A stretch of DNA of 64,000 nucleotides from Candidatus Cloacimonadales bacterium (GTDB taxonomy: Bacteria > Cloacimonadota > Cloacimonadia > Cloacimonadales > JAIOQZ01). The notes under the pieces are model-generated. The model saw only the letters and a program-made list of their open reading frames with translations. It had not been told where the DNA came from and made no database searches. This document shows, piece after piece, positions 20,710-29,932 of this stretch; the first letter of the stretch is position 1, and each line of letters opens with the position of its first letter. Both the position numbers and the translations under genes were made by a program. The stretch lies in the NCBI GenBank assembly GCA_963674825.1, contig OY771587.1, forward strand, positions 2,752,001-2,816,000, given 5' to 3'.

Positions 20710-21108
20710 TTACAGGTGATAGTTTTCTTTTAGATGCTCGTGATTCCAGTTTTTGAAAGCCTCGAGCTCATCCTGAACAACTTCGAGCGCCAGGACGATG
20801 ATAGCGAAATCATCCAGGAAACCGATTCCGGGTGTGCTATCTGGAATCGCGTCGCTTTGTTCGGTGAGGTAGAGAAGCGAATAGGCGATGGCCTGAATCT
20901 TCTCCCACGCGATATCCTTGAAGTTTCCGTCCATGTATTCTTGAGTCAAAGAAAGTGCAATTTTTACGTCCGGTTTTAATTCCTGAAGTTCTTTGACCTC
21001 GCTCAATTCTTCTGTGACGCCTTCGATATTATCCAGTAACCGCAGTACGTCGTCTTTGCTAATTGATTGTGCCTGAGTGAGTAACCAGGTCTTATCGATT
21101 TGTTCCAT
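20710..21108 (-). CDS. YkvA/DUF1232 family protein
   Basis: LLYL...DAIPD.TPGIGFLDD signature; GGAGG RBS. Confidence 0.85.
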   Translation of the reverse strand: MEQIDKTWLLTQAQSISKDDVLRLLDNIEGVTEELSEVKELQELKPDVKIALSLTQEYMDGNFKDIAWEKIQAIAYSLLYLTEQSDAIPDSTPGIGFLDDFAIIVLALEVVQDELEAFKNWNHEHLKENYHL

Positions 21109-21213
21109 TTTTCCTCCATATCACGTTGATTACACCCTGAATTTAGCAATGCTGCACAAGTTTGTCAAATTATTTTGCGAGATTGGGCCGGTTTATGCTT
21201 CAACCTGGCACAT

Positions 21214-21432
21214 GGATAAACTGAGGTCGTGAACCCTGATGATGAATCTCGAACTGGAGTTGGAATGACCAAACTGAAAAAGGAAAAGAAACTGAGAATT
21301 GGCAATGAAACCTGCAATGCTTGTTTCAGGGCTGCTATCCCGAATCTGGACGCACCCGCAGAATCTGTTGTTGAAAATTGTACCGCCACCTATGCGAACC
21401 GCCTTGAATTCAAGCAGAACCTCAGTTTATCC
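21214..21432. repeat. 219-bp segment bounded by perfect 14-bp inverted repeats (MITE-like or closing stem of an RNA)
   Basis: GGATAAACTGAGGT at 21214-21227 and ACCTCAGTTTATCC at 21419-21432. Confidence 0.5.
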
Positions 21433-22185
21433 CCTTTCTTCGACGCTGTAAAGCATGATGTGTATCCGGAATATCGGATTGTGGAAAAAGTTTACAATGT
21501 CGTAACTCACTCGTGTAGAACCTTGATAAGCGAATTTAACCATGTGATTGCAGCCATTGGTTGCAGTGTGTCTTCAAGATTGACAGTTGTCGATTCGCCG
21601 TTACAGTTTGGCGAATATCAGCTGGCGGCTGTCGGATCCAATAGATGTTTAACGCCCCGGGAGCATCACTCCGGTTTCCTCTTCTTCCCGTGTATTTCTT
21701 CTTCTTCTTCATCTTCTTCCCGCGAGAAACTGAAACTGAATCTGTATCTGAGCAATGAATTTATGCAAACCGGTCTATCCCGCCGCATAGGAAGGTTGTT
21801 ATAGAGATGGATAACGTGTTTGCTTCCGGGTGTTTAATTGAGGACAATATCGAAATGAATGCATCGAACAACGTGCGCCGAATCCGTTCCAAGCTTTCTG
21901 AAAGCTGTCGGTTTCTTTGCAGTGCGGTGCATCATGCCTTTCTCGAAACGTATCAATCTGATTGTAAAACGTTTAATCATACAAATTTCACAAGCGCAGT
22001 GTCCCGGAGACAGCAATCTGAATGTTCATGCTACTACGATCAACACACTCAAGTTGAATCTGAAAATCTTTGCGGAATTACAAACTCCTTACGTATGCCA
22101 AACGAAACGCAATAAGATAACTGAAAGCATTGAACTAACAGATAGACGCTTCTCCGGGATATTTTATCCCCCTACAAAGGAAATC

Positions 22186-22881
22186 ATGTATAGGGTAACT
22201 CTATCCATTTTACTCATGTCACTTACTTTGGCCCTTCTGCTGATATCATGCGATGACATTAGAGATGAATCTGAAATTGATTCGCAGGATGTTCTGGTCC
22301 CGCTTGCGATTGGCAATGAGTGGTCCTACATCGATTCATCGGGAAGCACGGGTGAAGTCAAGTTACTGCATATCGGCATTACCGGCTCCATGATGGCCGA
22401 TACCGGCGAGGACGAACAAAGCGAGGTCTTTTTCTGGAACTGGCGGGATCTCGAAACGGGCGAATACAGTGACAATGTATGGCTTCATTACAATGGGGAG
22501 GAAGGCTTTTATACACTTGGCGGGATCAGCTCTACCGATACGTTACTGATTAATTGCCTAAAAATCAAATATCCTGTGGCGGTAAGTGAAAGCTGGATCT
22601 ATCCCGACATCGAGTATGACTACATTAATAAGGAATGGCTGGTAACCGATACCTTGGAAGTATTCTGCACCGCAGTTGACACGCTCATCTCAACTCCTGC
22701 CGGTGACTTCATGTGTAACGAGGTTGCACTCTGTATCATCGGAACAACGCCCAGCGATGTTTACGGTCAACGTTTTTACTTCGCCCCGAATATTGGTTAC
22801 ATAGGGTTCAGGCTATTCCAGCAAGGTGTAATCATGCACGAACGGCTGCTTGTTGACTACATTTTGAACACCGGTAAATAA
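22186..22881 (+). CDS. Hypothetical lipoprotein
   Basis: AAGGA RBS then ATG 22186; hydrophobic signal with lipobox LLISC; PLAIGNEWSY, ISTPAGDF.C, FAPNIGYI motifs typical of beta-rich lipoproteins. Confidence 0.8.
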   Translation: MYRVTLSILLMSLTLALLLISCDDIRDESEIDSQDVLVPLAIGNEWSYIDSSGSTGEVKLLHIGITGSMMADTGEDEQSEVFFWNWRDLETGEYSDNVWLHYNGEEGFYTLGGISSTDTLLINCLKIKYPVAVSESWIYPDIEYDYINKEWLVTDTLEVFCTAVDTLISTPAGDFMCNEVALCIIGTTPSDVYGQRFYFAPNIGYIGFRLFQQGVIMHERLLVDYILNTGK

Positions 22882-23098
22882 AGTTTACAGCCGATTACAG
22901 GCCCCCAGTTGAAATCGCAACCCCCATCGGAAACTTCTTCGAAGAAAAAGCACCGCACAAAGAAACCAAAAAAATATCTTGCTCTGGAATTAGCGATTAC
23001 TATTTGTTGTCCATTGCATCGTAAAACCGGCATAAAATGAGTATGATTCAGCTTATCTCGGTGATATAAAAATACGACGATACAGGAGATCATGAGCA

Positions 23099-23494
23099 AT
23101 GGCGGCGAAAACACTGTCTGATGAGCAATTGCAAGGCTACAAGGAAGTACTCGAACAGGAAAAGGAAGACACCCTGCAGGTGATCCGCGACATCGAGAAT
23201 TTCCAGAGACGTGGCGCGAAAGAGAATTCAGGGAATCTCTCTTCTTACTCACTTCACCAGGCGGACCTGGGCTCTGATACCGAGAGTTCGGAAAAGGAAG
23301 TGTATCTCCTGGAAGAAGAATATCGAAAGCTTCGCAAGCTGAACGAATCGCTTAAGCGCGTTTATGAAAAATCGTATGGCATCTGCGAAATGTGCGGTGA
23401 ATATATTGGTGAAAAACGTCTTAAGATCGTTCCTTACGCACGTCTCTGCATCGAGTGCCGATCAAAAGAAGAAAAATCACAAAAAAGACGTTGA
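23099..23494 (+). CDS. TraR/DksA family C4 zinc-finger regulator
   Basis: Coiled coil with HQADLGSD tip; YGICEMCGEYI..RL..VPYARLCIEC. Confidence 0.93.
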   Translation: MAAKTLSDEQLQGYKEVLEQEKEDTLQVIRDIENFQRRGAKENSGNLSSYSLHQADLGSDTESSEKEVYLLEEEYRKLRKLNESLKRVYEKSYGICEMCGEYIGEKRLKIVPYARLCIECRSKEEKSQKRR

Positions 23495-23617
23495 CGGAAT
23501 CACGATTTTCTGCCTATCAATACCTCCAGAGGATTCGACGAAATAAAACCATCTTGCCCAGATTGAGATTAGCATTATTTTCTTAATAAAGTGATTTCAA
23601 CAGAAGGAGCCTGGAGG

Positions 23618-23926
23618 ATGAAACCACACAAGCTTTATCACAAAACCAAACCGGTGTGTAACGTAACGTTCCACCTACCCTGGCAGGCTGCAAAAGATGC
23701 AAAAAAGGTGCACATTGTCGGTGAATTTAACAACTGGGATGAAAACTCAATGCCCATGAAAAGGGACACGAACGGGGATTGGAGTATCACGCTCGATCTC
23801 GAAACCGGTAAAGAATACCAGTATCGATTCCTGATTGACGAAGCGAATTGGGAAAATGACTGGGATGCAGATGGTTATGTCCCATCACCGATAGGAGGAT
23901 GCTACAACTCGGTGGTTGTGATCTGA
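23618..23926 (+). CDS. Stand-alone CBM48/isoamylase early-set glycogen-binding protein
   Basis: VTF.LP, VHIVGEFNNW, W..TLDLE.G.EYQYRFLID..WEND; GGAGG RBS before ATG 23618. Confidence 0.9.
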   Translation: MKPHKLYHKTKPVCNVTFHLPWQAAKDAKKVHIVGEFNNWDENSMPMKRDTNGDWSITLDLETGKEYQYRFLIDEANWENDWDADGYVPSPIGGCYNSVVVI

Positions 23927-24057
23927 TTTACTGACACACTACTTTTTATACCCACAGGCAATAGCCTGAAGATACTTCTCACATTTCTAATTCCGCTGAA
24001 TAATCTTCATGAAATTTCATTTTCGCATTATTTTAATTGATTCTGTTCGACAAAAAC

Positions 24058-24093
24058 AAATACAGGGCAACCTATAACGGTTGCCCTGTATTT
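24058..24093. terminator. Bidirectional intrinsic terminator between convergent genes
   Basis: AAATACAGGGCAACC-tataac-GGTTGCCCTGTATTT perfect 15-bp stem. Confidence 0.8.
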
Positions 24094-24118
24094 ATCAGTC
24101 TCTGAAATGCTATATCAT

Positions 24119-27100
24119 TTAGTTGTCGGTATTCCGTTTTGATACTAGAGTTCTGGTTCCTGCCAGCGGAATCGCGATAAAGACCGTAGTTCCCTCACCT
24201 TCCTTGCTCTTGATCCAAATCTTGCCATGATGCAGTTCGGCAATACGGCGGGATGTTGCGAGTCCCAATCCCAGGCCGCTGGATCGGTATTCGACAAATC
24301 CGGACTTGTGTGACCACAGGTCGTTAACCTCATAGAACTTCTTGAAGATATTCTCCTGTTCATGAGCCGGAATACCGATTCCATTATCCTGAACGTAGAA
24401 GACAATGGATGGCCGCTCATCAATCTTCTCACGCGGGAATGCCGAATGACGAACGCCGATGACAATTTTACCGAAGTCCTTGGTGAAACGGATCGAATTC
24501 AGAACCAGATTGTATATCATCAAGTCGCATGCTTCCCAGTTGAGATCGACCCTTGGAAGATCTTCGGGAATTTCCAACTGGATGTGCATATGCCTGTCCA
24601 TGGAGACGAGTTCGGATTTCTTGGAGATTTCTTCCAGAAGCGGTCTCAGCTCGGTTTCTTCCTTCGCGATTGTCGAGATCATGCTGTACTTGTTCAGTGT
24701 CACGATATCCTTGGTTGTGGTCAGGAGCTTGTGGACACTTTCTTCCACCTTTGTGATGTTCTTGACCTGATCTTCATCCTGCCAGTCGATTTCTTTTCGC
24801 AAACGGTTCACATATCCCTGAAGTGTAACCAGCGGTGTATTCAGCTCGTGTGAAACGATGGCAATAAAGTTATCTTTTACTGTATCCAGCGTATGCAGTT
24901 CGAGGTTCTTTTTCATGAGTGCATCGTACTGACGGGCGTTCTTGAGGGCAATTGATACCTGGATCAACATGATGCGCATGAAATCCTTATTGAGTGGTAC
25001 TTCCTTGCGGGACGAATTGTAGTTGTCCAGATAAAGGAAGCCGTGGAGCTCATTGTCGACATAGATAGGCGCGCAATAGATCGAATGGAGCTGATAATCC
25101 TGCACGCTTATGGAATTCTTAAACGTGTTGTCCGCCATGGCGTTGATGGTGTAGATGGGTTCGCGCGTCATCTGCACTTCGCTAAGCAGCGTCTTACTGA
25201 TGTTAACCCACTCGGACAGTATCTGGTTTTTATCGTCCATCGCAACCTGATATACGTAGTTGCCGTATTCGTCTTTCTTAATCAGGAATCCGCGGCTGTA
25301 GCGGGTGAAATTGATAGCGAAAGCAACAATTTCGGTTTCGAGTTTGCCGATATCGTAGATGGAGAATAGCTCTTGCTCCACTTGCATGAGTTTTTGCAGC
25401 ATCTTCATCTTCTCGCTGAGCTCACCGTATTCTTTAATGCGCATCAGAATGGATGTGAGGTGCAGCTTGAGCGCTTTGATCATGCGCATTTCTACACCTT
25501 TGAAATCGAGTTCGCCGGCGTCGGCGATAATCAGGCAACCGACCATCGTAGCCCGGATGCGTAGCGGTGTGATGACCGTATGTGCGCCATCGATGAAACG
25601 GCTGATAATACGGTTTTCCTTGAGAGCTTTATCGATCAGGTCGTCTAATGATTCACTGAAAAGAGTCGCTTCATCCATATTGTATGTCATGAAAGGATCG
25701 CGTTTGTTCTGCCGCTCTTCGGTGAGAATGATAGCATAGCTTTCGGGGGCAAGCAGGTTGGTGATGGTCTTTTCAATGAAGAACTTCATCCGGTCGATCT
25801 CGTTCAGCTTGAAGAGATCATATAGCATCTCCTGCCAACCCTCTTTATAGAATTTGTTGCGGTTATCGATATGGGGCATCTTGATCTCACGGTAGTCGTC
25901 GCGATCAAGCGCCATGGTCAACTTGAATAACTTGGCATCGCCTTCGGGAATGCCTTTTACAACCTCTGCAACCGTTTCTTTCAACTCGGTAAAATATGCC
26001 TTTGCTTTCACCGGAGCGTTGAGCTCCGCATAGATTCGCACCAGGCGTTTCAGGATAGCAATCTCTAAAATGAAGTGCTCGTGACCACGGACTTTTTCCA
26101 ACTGGATCAGGAGATGACGCAGAACTTTACGAAGTGGAATGTGTTTAATCTGGAGATCAATATCGCAACGCAGGATATCGATTGAGCTCTTCCAGTAACT
26201 GAACGAGTATCGATCCACCATGACTTGAGCACGGTCTAGAGCGTTTGACGCATCCTCGGGAAGTTTCATACCGATGTAACATTCAGCCTCTCGGATGTTG
26301 AGGATCGCCTGGGCATACGCACTTTTGTTACGTTCTGAATAGGACTTTGCCTTCTGCAGATTGCTCAGTGCTTCTTTCCAGTCGCCAACCGCCATGAATC
26401 TCAGGCCTATGAGTTGGTACTGAAATTCTTCTTCGTGCAGTTTGGTGAATTCGAGGTTGGTGTTGTTCTGGATGAGTTGGTTGATCTGGCTGATGTTTCC
26501 AGTTTGATAAAGGTAGTAGAAATAGGTCTTTACCAGCGGATTGAAAGAGTCGATCTGGCCTTCGATGAGCTCGGGATTCGTCTTCTGAATGAAGTTGTAA
26601 TAGTGGCCGAATCCCTTGATCTTGCTCTTTGCGAGTGCGAGGTTGTTTTCGATCGAGTAGGTGTACTCGAGGCTTTCGATTTCTTTGTTGATCTTCGCGG
26701 CTCGATTGAGAGAAGCTTCGGCTTTCTGGAATTCGCCCAGCTTGATATAGGCTTCGCCGAAGTTGACATAGGCTAGAACTTGTCCGCGTTTCTGATCGAC
26801 TTTTTCGCAAATGTCAAGCGCTTTTGTGAAGAAATCGAAGGCGGTCTGGGTATCGCCCTGTCGCAGTGCGAGGTCACCGATATTATTGTAAACAAGTCCG
26901 AGCGAACGGACGTAATTCACCTTTTCCCAGATTTCACGAGCACGATGGAAGTTGGCATTCGCTTCGTCGATCGATTTCTGGCTGATGTAAAGGAACGCGA
27001 GGTTGTTGTATAACGAACCGAGTCGCACGAGGAAATTGGTATCGTCATTCATCTCGAGCCTGGAGATGAAGTCCTCGACCATGGAGATCGCTTCGCTTGG

Positions 27101-29608
27101 TTGCCCGGTTGAACCCATCACCAGCGCTTTGCGGTCCATGAACCACACCCTCAGATCTGGAAGCATAAAGACGGAGTCGTACATCTGAATGAGCTGGGTC
27201 GCAGTATCGAGATCGTTTATACGGAATGAGCTCCAGATAATACCGATAACGGCCATAATCCGTTGCTTTCCCGTGATAGATTTATTGAGCGCGATCTCGA
27301 ATTGCTCGCGTGCGGTTTGATATTTATCCAGCCCTAACTGGAATGTACCACGAATATAGTATTTTTCGAAGATGTCAGGCAACTCTTTGATTGTTTCGAT
27401 TCGCTCGAGTGCTTTCTGGATGAGGCCTGAGAGTTCAGCTTTCTCTGAAAAAACGGATAGGTCGTGCATGATTTCAGTGCTACTAAGCTCCACTTTTTCC
27501 GAGAAATCAATGGAGATCACTTCGCTGATCATGTAGAAAGCATCGTCCTGCATGTAGTGCTGATCGTATATCTGAACAAGGCGAAGTTTGTAGCGGCGCA
27601 CTTCACGGAAATCGCCAGCGAGCCTGGCATTATCGATGATGCCTCTACAAACGGCGATTTCATCAACCTCTTTATCGCTGTAGAAATCGACAACTTTCAG
27701 CGAAACCTCTTTGATCTCCTCATCCGAGCATTCGCTCAATAGACGTTGCTGTGCTTCCAGAAAGGCGAACTGGTAGAATTCATCACGAGCGACTAACACC
27801 TCGTTATTGAGTGCATCGTGAATCATGAAGAAGAAGGTCTTTTCGTCGATCCCGAGGATAGCCTGTACAAGCGATTTGGAGATGGGTGTTTTTACCGCAG
27901 ACAATTTTTGAAGATAGAAATAGACCTCTTCGGATAGATGCCCGAGGCGGTTGTAAACCGAGTGGAGCAGATGCTTTGGCAGAATATACTGGCTTGTATC
28001 GAGGTCCAAACTGAATTTTGCTCGTTTCCATATCTTTTTCTTATCCGTAAGGTCAATGAGTATATCGCGTACAAATACCGGAATACCGCTCGATCGTTTC
28101 CAGATAAAGCTGGCGAATGATTCCGGGACTTCGGTTTGTACAAGCTTTTCGACGTATTCTGTCGTCTGCTGACGCGAGAATGGCTCGATACGGAACTGGA
28201 TGGAGTGAATCAGGCCTTTGACCTTGCTCGGGTCATCGACACTGATAATAACCAGAATCTTACGCTCGATCATGTCTTTGGAGATCGAGTTCACGAAGTC
28301 GATGGTCTCACGAGTGAGGTATTGCCCCGCGCGAATAATGTAGATCAGCGGTTTATCTTCCGAGAGGTGGAAGAGGAAGTTGCGTGTCGAGGCAAAGTCC
28401 AGCCTCAGTTCTTCTTTGTTTTCGGTGAGTTCGCCGGCTGACTCCTCCGACTCGTAGAGGTATTTCCTCATCTTCTCTGAAATGTTCTTGAGGTCGGCAG
28501 ATAGCTTCTCGTTGGTCTTCATCGAGGAATAAAATTCTTTGATGAGAGCGAAGAATGGATCGGTATTGGTAGCGCTACACTCATAGTCGAATATGAAGTA
28601 GTCGTCGTTGAGCAGGTGGTAGCGGAAGAGGGAAAGCATGTTGTTCTTTCCGATACCATCACCACCTATGACGACTACCAGCTTGCCGTTTCCACCTTCC
28701 ACAAGCGGGATGTAGTCCAGGAGCTGATGTGCGTGGGTTTCGCGCACGAAGTACGAGCGGAATTTGAGCATTGTAACCGCGGAGCGCCGTTGCGAGAAGG
28801 GGTAATTCTTCAGCTGGATGCGGTTGATATAGCTGATGATACTCTCAATATCTGGATAGCGGTCACCAGGATTTTTCTCGAGCAGCGTGAGGATGAATTT
28901 CTCCAACTGCGGTGGGATGTCGCGGTTCAGTTCGCGCGGGAATTTCGGGATGAACGTCTGCTGATTTCCCTGGATGAGGTTGGTGATCTGCTCCACAGAG
29001 AAGGGATGCATACCGGTGGTAATCTTGTAGAGCGTGACCCCGAGCGAATAGTAATCACTGGCGAATTGTGCACCCTTACCAAGGTAAATTTCCGGCGCGA
29101 CATAGGGCAGGGAACCGCTAATTGTCTGCTGGCTCTTCTGGAAATCGATTTTAGCGAATCCGAAGTCGAGCACTTTCACAACAGGTTTGTTGCGTACGAT
29201 GTTATACATGATGTTTTCGGGCTTAAGGTCTTTGTGGACGATGTTCTGAAGATGCAGTGCGTTGAGTGCATAGCAAATCTGGACGATAATATCGTAAAGA
29301 AGCTCGATATTATATTTCTTGAACTTGAATGAGCTGAGGGAGCGTCCTTCACAGAATTCACTGAGATAATAGATATGCTTACCCATGTTACCGAAATTGA
29401 CTACCTGCAAGAGATTGGGGTGTTCGATCTTGGTAATATGGTGCATATCTTCGGCTGAGAAGCGCTCGTAAAACGCCTCGGAATCAAGTTTTTGGAACAA
29501 TTTCAGTGCGTAGATGTTGCCCGTGCGGATGTCCTGGACCTTGTAAACCGTTGCCCATAGGCCAGTTCCCATGCGCTCGATTACCTCATACCGGGAATCG
29601 ATTATCAT
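24119..29608 (-). CDS. Multidomain Ser/Thr kinase - ATPase-like - TPR - GAF - histidine kinase
   Basis: GTGLWATVY, ALK, HKDLKPEN, DFG, APE; degenerate P-loop GGDGIGKN; YNNLA/YNNIG TPRs; SIYCAPI GAF; SHELNTPL, DNGIGIP, GLGLGLA; GGAGG RBS before ATG 29608. Confidence 0.9.
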   Translation of the reverse strand: MIIDSRYEVIERMGTGLWATVYKVQDIRTGNIYALKLFQKLDSEAFYERFSAEDMHHITKIEHPNLLQVVNFGNMGKHIYYLSEFCEGRSLSSFKFKKYNIELLYDIIVQICYALNALHLQNIVHKDLKPENIMYNIVRNKPVVKVLDFGFAKIDFQKSQQTISGSLPYVAPEIYLGKGAQFASDYYSLGVTLYKITTGMHPFSVEQITNLIQGNQQTFIPKFPRELNRDIPPQLEKFILTLLEKNPGDRYPDIESIISYINRIQLKNYPFSQRRSAVTMLKFRSYFVRETHAHQLLDYIPLVEGGNGKLVVVIGGDGIGKNNMLSLFRYHLLNDDYFIFDYECSATNTDPFFALIKEFYSSMKTNEKLSADLKNISEKMRKYLYESEESAGELTENKEELRLDFASTRNFLFHLSEDKPLIYIIRAGQYLTRETIDFVNSISKDMIERKILVIISVDDPSKVKGLIHSIQFRIEPFSRQQTTEYVEKLVQTEVPESFASFIWKRSSGIPVFVRDILIDLTDKKKIWKRAKFSLDLDTSQYILPKHLLHSVYNRLGHLSEEVYFYLQKLSAVKTPISKSLVQAILGIDEKTFFFMIHDALNNEVLVARDEFYQFAFLEAQQRLLSECSDEEIKEVSLKVVDFYSDKEVDEIAVCRGIIDNARLAGDFREVRRYKLRLVQIYDQHYMQDDAFYMISEVISIDFSEKVELSSTEIMHDLSVFSEKAELSGLIQKALERIETIKELPDIFEKYYIRGTFQLGLDKYQTAREQFEIALNKSITGKQRIMAVIGIIWSSFRINDLDTATQLIQMYDSVFMLPDLRVWFMDRKALVMGSTGQPSEAISMVEDFISRLEMNDDTNFLVRLGSLYNNLAFLYISQKSIDEANANFHRAREIWEKVNYVRSLGLVYNNIGDLALRQGDTQTAFDFFTKALDICEKVDQKRGQVLAYVNFGEAYIKLGEFQKAEASLNRAAKINKEIESLEYTYSIENNLALAKSKIKGFGHYYNFIQKTNPELIEGQIDSFNPLVKTYFYYLYQTGNISQINQLIQNNTNLEFTKLHEEEFQYQLIGLRFMAVGDWKEALSNLQKAKSYSERNKSAYAQAILNIREAECYIGMKLPEDASNALDRAQVMVDRYSFSYWKSSIDILRCDIDLQIKHIPLRKVLRHLLIQLEKVRGHEHFILEIAILKRLVRIYAELNAPVKAKAYFTELKETVAEVVKGIPEGDAKLFKLTMALDRDDYREIKMPHIDNRNKFYKEGWQEMLYDLFKLNEIDRMKFFIEKTITNLLAPESYAIILTEERQNKRDPFMTYNMDEATLFSESLDDLIDKALKENRIISRFIDGAHTVITPLRIRATMVGCLIIADAGELDFKGVEMRMIKALKLHLTSILMRIKEYGELSEKMKMLQKLMQVEQELFSIYDIGKLETEIVAFAINFTRYSRGFLIKKDEYGNYVYQVAMDDKNQILSEWVNISKTLLSEVQMTREPIYTINAMADNTFKNSISVQDYQLHSIYCAPIYVDNELHGFLYLDNYNSSRKEVPLNKDFMRIMLIQVSIALKNARQYDALMKKNLELHTLDTVKDNFIAIVSHELNTPLVTLQGYVNRLRKEIDWQDEDQVKNITKVEESVHKLLTTTKDIVTLNKYSMISTIAKEETELRPLLEEISKKSELVSMDRHMHIQLEIPEDLPRVDLNWEACDLMIYNLVLNSIRFTKDFGKIVIGVRHSAFPREKIDERPSIVFYVQDNGIGIPAHEQENIFKKFYEVNDLWSHKSGFVEYRSSGLGLGLATSRRIAELHHGKIWIKSKEGEGTTVFIAIPLAGTRTLVSKRNTDN

Positions 29609-29688
29609 AAGTCCTCCCGAAAACATTTAATCAATTTACAATTGGCGGGATTCAATTGCTGTTGTCAAGGAATTCAGCCCAATAATGG

Positions 29689-29817
29689 CATCCGCGCGCA
29701 TCTTCGTCCGATCGCTCCCACTCGCGTGGATATAATACACCATCAGACTACCGGATACGAGGATATGGTGTATAACACCACGCGAGCAGTCGCGAAACGA
29801 ACGAATCTGCTGCGCGG
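29689..29817 (-). repeat. Long structured hairpin element, copy B (candidate ncRNA or ssDNA element)
   Basis: Homologous to 10471-10608 with covarying stems; possible extra outer stem 29674-29684/29827-29837. Confidence 0.75.
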
Positions 29818-29932
29818 TGATTCGGGTATTGTGCTGAGAGCTGGAACGTAACCCTATGCTAACCGAAAAATTCATTGACGCCGCTGGAGCCCATTCTACT
29901 TTACGCCCAAACGTTAAATTGGGAGAAATCTC

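Noticed and set aside
21696..21720. (TTC)n microsatellite as a phase-variation switch
   Set aside because: Short, imperfect, a triplet unit, and not within a supported gene or promoter.
21229..22185. ORFs 21229-21804, 21807-22115 and the N-terminal extension of 21859-22881
   Set aside because: No recognisable motifs, atypical Cys/Ser-rich composition and poly-Ser arising from a TTC run; the lipoprotein has a better RBS and signal peptide from ATG 22186.
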